From NCBI GenBank assembly GCA_013265495.1, contig MU057887.1:693985-757984 (forward strand): DNA of 64,000 nucleotides. The letters run 5' to 3'. This DNA comes from Vicugna vicugna (Eukaryota). A model generated the notes under the pieces. It was not told the DNA's origin. It ran no database searches and saw only the letters and a list, made by a program, of their open reading frames with translations. This document shows positions 13,024 through 25,285 of the stretch, in pieces (position 1 is the first letter of the stretch; each line of letters starts with the position of its first letter). The translations under genes were made by a program, and so were the position numbers.

Positions 13024-14559
13024 TCCTTATGGGCATTCTGATCCCCTCTAGAAGGTTCTGGGGGGAAATAATGGTTCCCTGCAGCAGGAAAGAGAGATGG
13101 CCCCAGTGCACCGAATCCCGGCGCACTAGGCAGGTGGTGCTTCATTTATTCCTCCCGGCAACCCAGCCAGGTGGGCGAGATCAGGCCTGATTTTGAGATG
13201 AGCAGACTGGGCTCAGAAGGAGAAACTCAGCTGCCCCAAATCATGCAACTTTCTAGAGAGAAAAAGGGATTTACATTCAGTTTTTCATACTCCAAACTCC
13301 GTTCGTGTCTAAAACCCTGTGTCAGATGAGACATGGACAGACTGGACTTTGGGGTTTCCCGCCACCACCTTCAGCATGGACGGGGGGCCAGGAGCACCCT
13401 ACACTCCAAAGCCTGCTTGGACCTGCAGGGATTCAGCATCCACACCCTTCATTTCAATACACACCTGTCCTCCAAATCCTGCCCTGAGTTTATCCCATCT
13501 TCTTAGGCATCCCATTCGTGCTGCAGCTCACCTGAGCAGCCTGGACCCTGGAACTAGCTGAGCTCTGGGCCCCTTACATGGGACTTCACACTCGCTGGGA
13601 CTGGGACTTCAGTGTGCCTGGTGTTCTGGTCATTCAAGCCAGCCCTGCTCCAATTCTGTGGAATCTTTGGGACTCCCAGCATTTCTTAGGTCACTCCTTT
13701 GGGGCACTCGTCCATCAGAGGCAGGCCCAGGCCAGCCTGTCACAAGGTCTGCTGGGGTGTGGGCATCTTGAGCTGGCGGGACAGGGAAGAATCACTGTGG
13801 GGCTGGACTGTTCTGGGAGTCAGGTCCAGGGAGGAGGAGAGTGAAGGGGACATCTGAGCCGCTCTCGATGCCAATGAATTGGGGTCTTGGCAGGGAAGGG
13901 GAGGGTGCCTGGGGTCTGACCACAGGAATGGAAGCCTCAGTAAAAGGGGCAGGAAATGCGGAGCCTGCATAGGGTTCTGGTTTCCCACCTACAGCCTGCA
14001 GTCTGCAGAACCCAGTCCAACGCCCAGGCCGTTGGAGGGGGAGCTTCCTGGAAGCCTCCTCCTTCCCGAGGCCTGGGTGGAGCCCGTGGAAAGACGTTAG
14101 TGCCGACTCCTGGGAAAAGGCCTTTCCCGTGCTTTCAATAGGGGTTAGGATGAGAGGCGCCATTGGTGGGCAGAGCCAAGCCTCCTGCTGTTGATTGGCT
14201 CTCAGACGAGCACATGACACAAGCTGGCCAATCAGCTCTTCCTGAGGAAAAGCGGCGGGGCGTGAAGAAGGCAGAGGAGAAGCCGTGAGGTCAGGGAGCT
14301 GCGGATGGGAAAGCAGAGGGCAAAAGAGGGTGCGGAGTCCTGATCCTGCCTAATTGAGAGAGTAAGAGGGGCCGGTCCGAACCTCACCTGGGAGGAGCTA
14401 GCTGTGTGGTCGCTGCCATCTGCCAAGCCCCAGTTTCTGTATCTGCAAAATGGAGCCAGGAATGCCTGCTCAGCTGCCTTGCTCCTAGATGGCAGTGAGC
14501 AGTGCTGGCGGTGACGAGCGCAAAAGGGCTTCGCAACCGCACAGTGCTGGTTCCTGCGC

Positions 14560-14629
14560 GAGAGCTGATTTTCATGCATTTCGTTACAGGTAATGAGAGC
14601 TGATTTTCATGCATTTCGTTACAGGTAAT
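14560..14629. repeat. Perfect 35-bp tandem duplication
   Basis: GAGAGCTGATTTTCATGCATTTCGTTACAGGTAAT occurs twice with no mismatch. Confidence 0.97.
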
Positions 14630-15294
14630 GACGGTGGTGATGAAAAGGGTCAAGCCATGCAAATGTGCTCCAGAAGCCAGGCATCTTTTTAATTCTGCGT
14701 TCCCTTTTCTTAATCATCCGTGAGAGACTCGGTGTAAACAGTTGTGTACATTACACACGAGCCTAATTTTTCATATTTCGTATCATGCTCCAGGTTGGGC
14801 ACCTGATGGACAGCCAAGTATCCTATTATTTTTGCAAAGTGATTACTGTTAGGGCCCAGTGTCGGCTGCATTAGGGGACCAGAGCTGGCAGTGCCTCTAG
14901 GCCCCCTGACAACAGAGGTCGCTTCTTAATTGCAGCCTTAGAACAAAACAATTGAGAGGAATGGCTAAAGGGAAAGCTGTTTATAAGAAGGGACAGAGGG
15001 TAAACACCCACAGACACCAGGTTGAATCACTTTAGCTGAGCTGGTGGTAGAAGACACTTGGCGGGCAGGTTCCAGAAGGTCTCCTGCTGTGTCTGCTTTG
15101 AATCAGGGAACCTACTCTAATGTTCAGAGCAGTGCAGTGGCTTGTGGCAGGAGCATCTGGGTCACCTAGCGTCCTGGAGGGACCAGTGTTAAGGGCAGCA
15201 GAGCCCACCTGCCAACTAAAACCCAAGGAGATAATCAGCTTTTCTAAGTCCAAGCAAGTTTATCAAGTATGTTCAGGTGAAAAATCATGTTGCA

Positions 15295-15412
15295 TTTTTT
15301 CTTTCCTTATATTCTATTATGAAAAATTTCAAATACACAGGAAGGTTGAAAGAATTTTACAGTGAATGCCGGGGTACCCACCACCTAGATTCTACCACTG
15401 ACATTTTACAAG
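15295..15412 (-). mobile_element. Short old L1 (L1ME-like) 3' end fragment
   Basis: ATTATGAAAAATTTCAAATACACAG..GTTGAAAGAATTTTACAGTGAA..CCCACCACCTAGATTCTAC. Confidence 0.6.
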
Positions 15413-15469
15413 ATCAGTTTGTGTTTTGAAGAAACGATGATTTGATGAGATACTCAATTTAACATGGAA

Positions 15470-15690
15470 GAGGCTCGTGGGTTTTGCAGGCTGAAGTTCA
15501 GGTCCAGCCGCTTACGAGCTGTGTGGCCTTGGGCACACGGCTTCGTGTCCCAGAGCCTCGTTTTCCCTGCTGCAAAATGAAAACTACATGTACTTCATAG
15601 GGGTGGTTGTAAAGAGCAAACAGGGTGGTTACATAGAACACTCAAGAACTGCCACGTAGTGGGTCCCCAATAAATAAGCACTGTCATTAC
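15470..15690. mobile_element. MIR SINE
   Basis: CTTACGAGCTGTGTGGCCTTGGGCAC..GAGCCTCGTTTTCCC..CTGCAAAATG core. Confidence 0.65.
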
Positions 15691-16103
15691 AAGTACAGTT
15701 AAAGGAGATTTTCTTCATTCAATTAGATGCCACATCTTACTAGAGCCTTGTGAGGACGGACAGTAGAGGCAGCGAGACTCCGGAAGAGTTTATAAAAGAA
15801 CAGTCTTAAGTGGTTTGGGTGACGTGGCTTCAGCAGCAGAACCTTTGCTGGTTGGTTGGGGACCTGGGGCTCCAGATGTGGTCATCTGGTTCCAGGCAGG
15901 GCTCTGGGCCACTCATAGCCCAGGCGATCAGAGCCAGGGGTGAGAGGCTGGGCAGGACCCCTATGCACCAGCCCCAAGTCTGGTTGGAGTGGGGCAGGGA
16001 GGGGACTGAGGAAAGGAGGGGTGGCTGGAAGGACACCCCTCCCCCAACCCCGGCTCTGTTTGTTGAACGAAATAGTTTCAAGCTAGAAGACACCATTTAT
16101 CTA

Positions 16104-16562
16104 TGTGTAGGCAATTGACTAGTGTCCCCTCAAAACGTACATTCAAGTCCTAACCCTCCCAGGCCTGTGAAAGTGCCTATTTGGGAATCGAGTCTTTGCA
16201 GATGTGATCAAGTTGCAGAGCGGGGTGAGCTCACCCTGGATTTAGGGTGGGCCTTAAATCCAGTGACTGGTGTCATCACAATGGAAGGAAAGGGATACTT
16301 GACCCCAGACCCAGAGGCAAAGGCTGTGTGAAAATGGAGGCGGACGCTGGAGTGAGGTGTCCCCATGCTGGAAATGGCTGGCCACCACCGAAGCTGGGAG
16401 AGAGGCCGGGGAAGAAGTCCCCCCCGGAGCCTCCAGAGGGAACCAGCCCTGAGGACACCGTGGTGTCTGACCACTGGCCTCCAGACTGTGAGACAATAGA
16501 CATCTGCTGTTTTAAGCCACTAAGTTTGTGGTAATGTGTTAAAGCAGCCCGGGAGACTGACA
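16104..16562 (+). mobile_element. MLT1 (MaLR) solo LTR, MLT1C-like
   Basis: GTCTTTGCAGATGTGATCAAGTT, GGGTGGGCCTTAAATCCAGTGACTGGTGTC, GCCTCCAGACTGTGAGACAATA..CTGCTGTTTTAAGCCAC..TTTGTGGTAAT. Confidence 0.88.
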
Positions 16563-17529
16563 ACTGACGTGTGTGTGCGTGTACGTGCGCGTATACGTGT
16601 ATGTACATATATATGTAAATTCCTGCTCAATATTGTATCTCTTGGTTTATCGATTTCTCAGAGAGCATAGCTAGTGAACCCACACTGTTACTTCCTCACG
16701 GGTCTCAAGGACGTGGCACACTTGCACGTGGGTGCGCGTGCCATGCGTGCTCCCCTGGTCTCAGTTGCTAGGAGAGCAGCTCCGTCTGTGGCACCAGTTT
16801 CCCTGGGGGTTGCTGCCAGAGGGAGGACAGAGCACAGGGAATCGCCTCCCTCCGCATGGCTGGTGCCATGAGACCAAGCGAGTGGCACAGAACATGAAGT
16901 GCTCCTGCCTCCCGTTTGGACAGTTCATCTGTGGTTCCCAGTGTCCACTGCAAGTTCAAGGTGTCACCATTTCAGGATGACACATTCTGGGGCATTAGGA
17001 GGCTTTGGCTCGCGATAATGAGTAATCCATCTTTAACAGCGGGTTTATTAATATTTGTGGCAGCTCCTGCATGAATGAGTGTGATTTAAGTAAGCAATGG
17101 CCTTATAATTATGCATGAAATGACACGTGGGAAGGGGTCAGCAACACAAGTCAGAGTGAAGCGATTACTTTGAATCATTAAAACCTCCTGGACTTGGTCT
17201 CCCTGCAGATAAACGTCCCTCTGGCTTGTTCGCTGTGGGTTTTCTGCGAGCACTCAACAGTCCGGTGCTTTGATTCTGTGAACCGCCTTCTGGATGGTGT
17301 ATTTGGTGCCCCATGAAATGAACACAGATCTCTTCCTAGTTGGAGCCGGTCAATGGGCCTCCCCAACACCTGCCCTTCCAAGTGCCCTGACCTCCAGGTC
17401 CTGCTTCCTCCTGGTAATTTGCTCCTTTAGAGGAAAGCACACTTGACCCCAAGTCTTCCACCTCACTTGTAAGCCCCTGAACCTTCTGGCCCCACTCCTT
17501 CCATCTACTCTCTTCAGTTCATTCATTCA

Positions 17530-18695
17530 TTACTTCATTTCACCTCCTCCCCCTGGTGAATCTCTTCACCTGGGTCTCCTCCCCTCTCTACCCAGTCCTC
17601 CCCTTGGCTGCCAGGTTATCTTCCCAAAACCCAGATTGGATGCAGCGCCTCCTGGTCTCAGATCCTTCAGGGCCTCCCACCCCAGCCTGGCGGCGTGGCT
17701 ACAGGACCCTTCACACCTGGGCCACAACCTGCCCTCCCATCACCCTCACTCTGCATGGGCGCCACACACACAGAGCTCAGCAGCCTCGGACATTTAGGCC
17801 TCTGAGGCTTTGCCCACGGGGGCATCTCCATCTGGAACAATACCCTTTCCACCTTCTCTGCCTGGTGAACCTCTCCTGACCCCGCATGACCCAGCATAAA
17901 ATGCCAGCTCCTTTGGGTATGTATCCAAAAGAATTGAAAGCAGCAACTCGAACTGATGTTTGTACATACATGTTCAGAGCAGCATTGCTCATAATAGCCA
18001 AAAGATGGAAATAACCCAAGTACCCATCAACAGACGCCTGGATCAGGAAGATGTGGTCTATACCCACAGTGGAACATCACTCCTGCATGACAAAGGATGG
18101 AGTTTTGATATATGCTCCTACACGGACAGACCTTAGAAACAGACGCTTCATGGATTAAGACAGGCATGGGGCAAAGATGATACGATTCTACTTATTAGGT
18201 CCCGAGAATAGGCAAATTCATGGAGACGAAAAGTAAAATAGAAGCTTCTAGGGGCTGGGGGAGGGAGTTAGTATTTATGGGCACAGAGTTCTTGGGGGAG
18301 GATGAAGAAGTTGTGGGTAAAGACAGTATAGGTAGAACAACACGGTGAACGTGTTCAGTGTCACGAGTTGTACAAACACCAACAGTGAAAATGATAAATA
18401 TGCTGTGTATATTTTACCATAATTTTTTGAAAACTAAAAAAGAAAGGCCAGCTTCTCTGAGACACCTCCAAGTGCCCTGACCTCCAGGCCTCGCTTCCTG
18501 GTCTTTTCCTCCCTTCTCTGTTGTACTTCCGGAACCCTTCTGTGGTGCTTGCTCGCTGAGCTGTACTTTAAAGGCCCCTTCGGTGTCTGTCCCCTGCCAG
18601 ACACGGAACACCTGGAGAGCGTTTGTCACTCTGGGTCTCTCCCAGCACAGTGTCAGGCACAGAATAGGCTCTCAGGAGATGTTTACTGGATGGAA
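17530..18695 (+). mobile_element. L2 remnant (interrupted by L1MB)
   Basis: C/T-rich L2-like body ending CCCAGCACAGTGTCAGGCACAGAATAGGCTCTCAG..GTTTACTGGATGGAA, resembling the L2 3' end. Confidence 0.5.
17910..18443 (+). mobile_element. L1MB-type 3' fragment inserted into an L2 remnant
   Basis: GGGTATGTATCCAAAAGAATTGAAAGCAG...ATAATAGCCAAAAGATGGAAATAACCCAAG...TATATTTTACCATAAT. Degenerate TSD AAATGCCAGCTCC / AAAGGCCAGCTTC. Confidence 0.85.
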
Positions 18696-18709
18696 AATAT
18701 AAAAACCTC

Positions 18710-19092
18710 TGTGTTCTGGACTGAATTTTGTTGTTCCCCCCACCCCCAATTCTTATGTCTAAGCCCTAACCTCTACTAGGACTGTATTTGGAGATAGGGC
18801 CTTTTGTGAAAGTAACTATGGTTAAAGCAGGTCATAAGGGTGGGGCCCTGATCTGATAGGGTTGGTGTCCTTGCAAGGAGAGCAAGAGACACCAGAGCTC
18901 TGAGTCCCCACTGTGTGAGGACACAGCGGGAAGGTAGCTGTTCACAAGCCAGGAAGAGAGACCTCTACAGGACCTGAATCTCTGCCCCTTGGGCCTGGAC
19001 GTCCCAGACCCCAGCACTCTGAGAAACACATGCCTGCTGTTTAAGGCCCGTGGTCTTTGGTATTTTGTGATGGTGGTCCAAGCTGACTAATA
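18710..19092 (+). mobile_element. MLT1 (MaLR) solo LTR, MLT1A-like
   Basis: GACTGTATTTGGAGATAGGGCC, GGTCATAAGGGTGGGGCCCTGATCTGATAGG, GTGAGGACACAGCGGGAAGG..CAAGCCAGGAAGAGAG, GCTGACTAATA end. Confidence 0.88.
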
Positions 19093-20510
19093 TGGCCGTC
19101 GGAGGGGAAGGGATGGAATGCTCACAGACGGGGCCCTCGAGCCATTTGCTGATTGGTAATAGTGTGGAGCGCGAGTCAGCAGCTGGCAGAGAGAGAGGGG
19201 AGCTGAGGAGGGGCAGGGGTTCTAGGGGCTTCTTGGCCTCCTGAGAATTCAGATGTTACAGGGTTTCATGGCATGAAAAGTTCTTTCCAAGATCTAAGTA
19301 CACCCCTCCTCATCCTCTACTTCTCTCCCAAAATGTATCTCCAGCGTCCCCAGAAAAGAGCCCATTGAAGAGCCAAAGATTTAAACTCAAATCTGCCCCA
19401 AACCAGGCCTGAAGCGTTGGTCTCCCCTCCCCAGCTTCCTTGTGCCCTTGACCGATGTCCTCTCCAGGTCAAGTCTGTGTTCAGCGGGCAAGGTTGACAA
19501 AGACCAGGAGCCATATCAGCTTCCTCCACCTGCCCCGCCCCCTGACCTCTGATCTGGCCCAAGGACCACCACGTCTCCTTCCAATTACATGCTGCCATAG
19601 TTTCTTAATACTGCCGACTTCGGAGGGAGAGGTGGTAGTAACGCTAGAAAGGGCTTGTGTGACAGAACTCTCTAGCCACAGTTCAGGCTTTACAAACGAG
19701 AAATACGTGTGTAACCTGGGCTCACCCCGAAGTGCTGGGTGTGGCTTTACCTGCAGCCTGCTGGCCTTATGGGCCAGAAATTAGAAAGGAAAGTTTTCCA
19801 TTCTGCAGAGGGAGATGCTCTTCCCCCACGGCCTCTCTTGACAACTTGATGGTTGCTCTTCTCAACCCAGCCTAGATAATTGCATAATTAATTGCATGCA
19901 GGTAACTCACCCAGAGAAGGTGGTTATTAGGAGCGAGGAGCCCGACGCCCACTGCCCTGGAAAGTGGCCAGGCTCCCAGGTGGAGGAGGCGCCCGCTGGT
20001 GTGCACGGGGCTCCTGTGCTCACATCTGCTCCCGGGAGCAGCTCGGCCTGAGAACCTGGTGGCTGTGCCTCTGCCTGTTTGCTCCGAGGCCATTCCTGGA
20101 ACCAAGGCCCTGCCAGGGTGGTAGAAGTGAAGCTGTCTCCTTGCTTTGAGGTTGGAAAGAGTCAGGGGTTTCCCTGGGGGCTTTGGTCATTCCCACTTTG
20201 GGTTTCCTGAGATGCTTCTGGAAAGCCAGCCTCCACATCCTCCCTACTACACGCCCCCACCATGGTACACATAGCTGTGCATTTGCCTGGGGGTCTGATG
20301 CACACGCACCAGGGCTGGCTTCCTGAGCCCCGGTCAAGTCACAGTTCTGGGAACCACTGCAGCCCCTACCCTGCGGGGGCTCTCAGGCCTCAGGGAGCCT
20401 GGCCATTGCTCAGGGAGGGCTGCCACCTGGAGTGGGCACGCCCTGGTGCCGTCAGACCAAATGCTTTGGGTGCTGGAGACAGAGAAGTGGTCCCCAAATG
20501 GACTCAATTC

Positions 20511-20678
20511 TTTTTTAAAAAATATTTTATTTATCTATTATTGTATTATTTAATTACTTTATTTTGGTGGGGGGAGGTAATTAGGCTCATTTATTTTTAG
20601 AGGAGGTGCTGGGGATTGAACCCAGGACCTCATGGGTGCTATGCATGTGCTCTACCTCTTGAGCTATACCCTCCCCCC
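20511..20678 (-). mobile_element. Camelid tRNA-derived SINE (Vic-1-like)
   Basis: GGAGGTGCTGGGGATTGAACCCAGGACCTC...TCTACCTCTTGAGCTATACCCTCCCC, with A/B boxes on the minus strand. Degenerate TSD CTCAATTCTTT / CTTGATTCTTT. Confidence 0.9.
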
Positions 20679-23600
20679 TTGATTCTTTAAATTAACCCCC
20701 ACCCCCACCATTCTTGGCCTCTCGGGGCCTCATCTGTCAGGCCCCGATTTCCAAGGGCCTCTCCCCAGTCTGCAGTTGCAGGGCCTGGGAAGACATGCCA
20801 TGGTCCTGCAGGGGCAGGGAGGATGGGGGTCAGCCCTGAGTTGTGGTCAAGGGGCCGGTGGAACAACTGCATCAGCATCAGGCCAGTGGCCGGCAGGCCT
20901 CCATCTCCCTTTCTCTGCAGAAAATCTAGGGCCAAAGCACATGGTCTCTGTTTGTGGTCAGCTTGTGACCATTTGCCTGTGAGCTTGGGATAATCGTAGC
21001 ATATGGTGCAGAGGCCCAAGCTGTGGAGAAGCCTGGAGCCCCCTTCCCGCACCCCTCCCTCTGCACACATGCCCCTACGTGGACCTGGGACCCTGGCTTT
21101 GGGCAAGACTGTTAAGGAGAGGGACAGACAGGGGTGGGAGGTGGGGGAGAGGTGGGTTCCCCTTGTGGAACTGAGAAACGGGGGGAGTAGGGGGTAGGGG
21201 GCCTGGAACTGGGCCAAGGAAGAGGAGGTCACCTGGAGGGTGGGACCCAGAAGATACTGAAATGTCACAGAGCAGAGGTGGCCATCTGACGCCCCTGCTT
21301 GCAGACCTCTTGGGGATGTGGCCAAGTTCCCACCTCATCAGTGGGAAATCTAAGCACTCACTAGAGCCAACTGCGATGTAACATCAGGAGCAACTTTGAC
21401 CTGACATCGCATTACTGCGTGAGACCCTCCCTCGCAGCCCCGTGCCCTGGTTCCTACGCTTTTAAGAGTGAATTATTCCAGTTGGTGGGTAGAGTGGCCA
21501 GTGATCCAGGCTCATTCCTAAGAGGCGAAAGCCTGTTCTGCATTTCTCGTCGTCAAGGGCAGAGCGATCCCAGGAGAGACCTTCAGAGCGCCACGAAAGC
21601 GCTTTCCTGCAAGCTCTTTCTCTGCGGCTAGAATGCTGCATGCACACTTCGTTCTTGCTCTAGACAGCGGAGCTGCCTGCCCTGGCGTGAGGAGTGTGGG
21701 TCTGCGCAAAGGAACTATGTCCGCACTGTCCCCCCAGGTTAGCAGAGTCCCCTGGTTAAAATCGCTTCTCCTGAGCCTTTGCTATTAGAACCTAAGAACC
21801 GTTCCAGCAACGTTGCCCTGGAAACGTGGGCGCGTCTGCCCCCCAGGACCCAAATCGCAGCAGAGAAAGCGCATGTCATCCCTGGACCACACGCTGCTGA
21901 CACTGAGGTCCCAGGAGAGCCTACCCTGTCCTGTGCCAAGGGTGACGCACTGTTGATAATACTGGTGTTTTTGGTGAACAGGAAGTAATCCGCTCCACAT
22001 AATTAATCCAGCTGGGATTTAGGAGCATTTTCCACATTTCAGACTTCTTCAGTTCCATGGGAAGAGAAAAAGAGCTGGTGTCTTTTTGTTTTCTTTCTTT
22101 TCTGTGCCACAAAAATTTGGCAGAAAATACCAACCTAGGGTAACATGAGAAAGTTTATTAGGTTGGTCTGTGGCTTTCCTGCCAACCTTTCTGTCTGTTA
22201 TATGATACGGAGACGGACACAGCTGGGGGCAGGCCCGGCTTGGTGGGTGAGCACCCCGGGTCCTCGGTGGTACCAGGGTGTTTAGGGAGAGGCGGGGTGG
22301 GCGTGACAGGTAGGCGGAGCCCAGAGGTGGAAGCCATCCAGTGTTCACTGTCTGTTTCTAACAGAGATTGAGGGGAAAAAAAGACACTTTCAACTGGACC
22401 AGAATGACTTTTTTTACAGAAAGTGTCACCGGCTTGCATACACCGTCTCCAGACAACACTGGGAGGTCATTGTCATGATGACCATTTTGCAGAGGGCAAA
22501 CCTGAGCCTCAGAAATCAAAAGACTCACCCAGACTAGCACTCGACCAAGCTGCTGCTTCCTCCGGGGCCCTCGGACACTCATCCCACCACACGGGAAGGA
22601 GAGGCTGCTCTCCACCTAGGCTTGTAAACGCTGGCGTTGCGCAACCAGTCTTTCCACCTTGCAAACCAGATTCTGTTCAGTTTGATAAATATCGATTGAA
22701 TATGTACTAGTTGCAAATCCCTGCATCCAAGTAGGTCTGAAATAAAAACAGCAGCACAAGAATAACCAGGGCAGCAGGCTCGGACACAGGGTCCAGGACA
22801 GGCTCCTCCGAGGCACGTGGGCCTAAAATCAGCTCAGCCAGTGAGGCTGCTCCCAGTACCAGAGGGCACCTAAATCGACTGCTGGAAAGGAAGTCCTTTT
22901 TTGACTTCTCCCTGTAGGACCAAACCCAAAGTCTATGGCTTTTCTGCAACTCATTTCAAGACCCTTCCAAGAGTTTTCTTCAACTGTATCAGTTTTCTCA
23001 TCTGGAAAATGGGCCTAGTTATTACTCCCTGGCAGGGCTTTTGGCAGAAGGAAGCACAATGGTGACTGTAATGTACGGTGCCTGGCCAGAAGAGGCGCTC
23101 AGAAAAGACCTCTTCTGGTTCTTAGCCTCCTTCCCTGGGGATTTGCTTTCGTGGGCTCTCAGTAAGCATCACTTCCCTCTCCATTCTTTTTTTTTAATTT
23201 TAAGCAAATTTTTATTGTACATCTTCTATATCACAGGTATGGAGCAAGGCCCAGGGATACAGTGAACAAGAAACAGCCGCCAGCGGGGACTGTGGAGAAT
23301 TGAGGGGGAAAGGGGTAGGGGAGAGTCAGGTCCAGAAGAAACTGGTTTCTTTAATTGTCTATTGCAAACTTGCTGACTAAGTTTTGTTTTCATCACTTTT
23401 ATTTTGTTAGTTTTTTCTCTATGCAACAAGGTTTTTAAGACAAACCTCATTTCACAAATATTTAGAGAAATGAATTCTCAGAGAGCCAATGAATTGGTCA
23501 TAATTTAACTTTGATAGTAAAAGTATCATAAGTATTTAGAATCCTAAGAACCAGTATCCCTTTTTACTTTGGGTATTGGGAAGCTCAAATCTAAATTTAA

Positions 23601-23785
23601 TGTCCAATTGAACAATGCCCTACATTTAAGACTTCATTTTACCTTCAACTTTGTTTCTGATCTCTATTTCCTTACTCTATCATGTTTTTCACAAGATGTC
23701 ATCTCATATTCTTTTTCAAAATGAGGCAAAAATTATAAATAATTTTATAAAAGATGAAGAGAGTATTAAAATAGAAATCACCTGA

Positions 23786-24264
23786 TACAATAACCAAAAG
23801 GTGGAAAGAACCCAAGTGTCCCTCAGTGGATGAATGGCTAAACAAAATGTGGTCTATACGCACAATGGAATATTATCCAGCCTGATAAAAGGAGAGAAAT
23901 TCTGACATGTGCTACTGCTTGGATGAACCTTGAGGACATTATGCTGAATGAAATAAATCAGTTATAAACATACATGTATTACGTGATTCCACTTTTCTGA
24001 GGTACCTGGGGAAGTCAAATTCATAGGGACAGAAAGTAGGCTGGTGGGAGCCCGGGGCTGGGGGAAGTGGGGGTTAGTGTTTAATGGGACAAAGTTTCAA
24101 CTTTGCAAGATGAACAAGTTCTGGAGGTGGATGGTGGTGACGGTCGTACAACAATGTGAATGTACTTAATGCCACTGAGCGGCACTTACAAATGGTTAAA
24201 ATGGTACATTTTATGTTATGTCTATTTTACCACACACACAAAAACAACAGCTAAAAAAGAGAAA
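23786..24264 (+). mobile_element. L1MB-type 3' fragment with TSD
   Basis: ACAATAACCAAAAGGTGGAAAGAACCCAAGTGTCC..., GGATGGTGGTGACGG..ACAACAATGTGAATGTACTTAATGCCACTGA, A-rich tail. AGAAATCACCTGA (23773-23785) / AGAAATCCCCTGA (24265-24277). Confidence 0.9.
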
Positions 24265-25134
24265 AGAAATCCCCTGAAAATGAGCACTGTGACACTTGTG
24301 TCCTAGAGAAAATGCCCTAAGCCAGTTTCTGCTGTTTTTTGAGTTAGGAGAAGGATGATGGAGCAGCTTCCACATTTTGACTTATCCATCTTCCTAACCT
24401 CCCCAGGGAGGCGTCCGTGGTGCAAATGCCGACCTGCTACCAGTGCAGCTCACGCAGTCCCACTGTAATCTGATGAGTGAGCAAACCCCTGTCCCCGGAG
24501 CAGGTGGCACTTGTTGAGCCGCAGGTCACGGCCTATTGCTGGAACAGCGCCGCGGCCCCCCTGCCCGCCGCCGGCCAGCCCACAGGCCCCGTCGGAAAGG
24601 AACGCCGTAAATGTGGTCTTTCAGGGGCAGCCGCGACTGTCATCACCATTTTATTTTATCTCTGGCCTCCGGGGATTCACACTGCTTCCCCGTTATTAGT
24701 CATATTATATCATCATCCACAATTTTGCTTGTCAGCCGGTTGGAGGAGGGAGGTACCATAATAATACGGGGCACTGAGGAAAGAAAAAGACGCAGTCTCT
24801 GCGGGAAAGGAGACAGGCGGGGCGGGGGGCTGGACTACGCCTCGTGTCTTCCTGTGGCTGGTGACAGACGGGGGCCCGGAGAAAGGCTTCATCCAGCCAG
24901 GCCTCGTGGGCACTTGCTGCATGTCGGGGGCCCTCGAGGCCGGTTTTACTAAAGGTAGACTGAGGCTGGCCCGCCCAGCTGGTGCCCTTGGAGGCCTGGT
25001 GATTTTTGCGCCTGACTTGGTGGGTCTGGTGGGCTGCCTCCCGAGTCAGGGGTGACTAGGGCCAGCAGGAGGCAGGACGGGGACACAGTTTCCACAGCAA
25101 TTGACTCTAACAATAGCCAAAGTGCAGTGAGGAA

Positions 25135-25285
25135 GAATTCAGACTCTGGAGCAGGTGGCCTGGCTTTGAGTCCTGGCTCTGCCGCTGACAAGCTGTGTGA
25201 CGCAGGCAAGTTGCTAAACCTCTCTGAGACGGATATGGGGACCCTGATGCTACTGTGAAAGCTTCTAGCACGGTACCTGACGCCT
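25135..25285. mobile_element. MIR SINE fragment
   Basis: TTTGAGTCCTGGCTCTGCCGCTGACAAGCTGTGTGACGCAGGCAAGTTGCTAAACCTCTCTGAG. Confidence 0.7.

Noticed and set aside
14000..18000. Orthologue of a human lncRNA (LINC01589) that I recall lying downstream of FBLN1
   Set aside because: I cannot verify its position or exons from sequence alone. It needs liftover and RNA-seq.
20595..20675. tRNA-like A/B-box sequences
   Set aside because: These are SINE heads followed by SINE body and poly-A, not tRNA genes.
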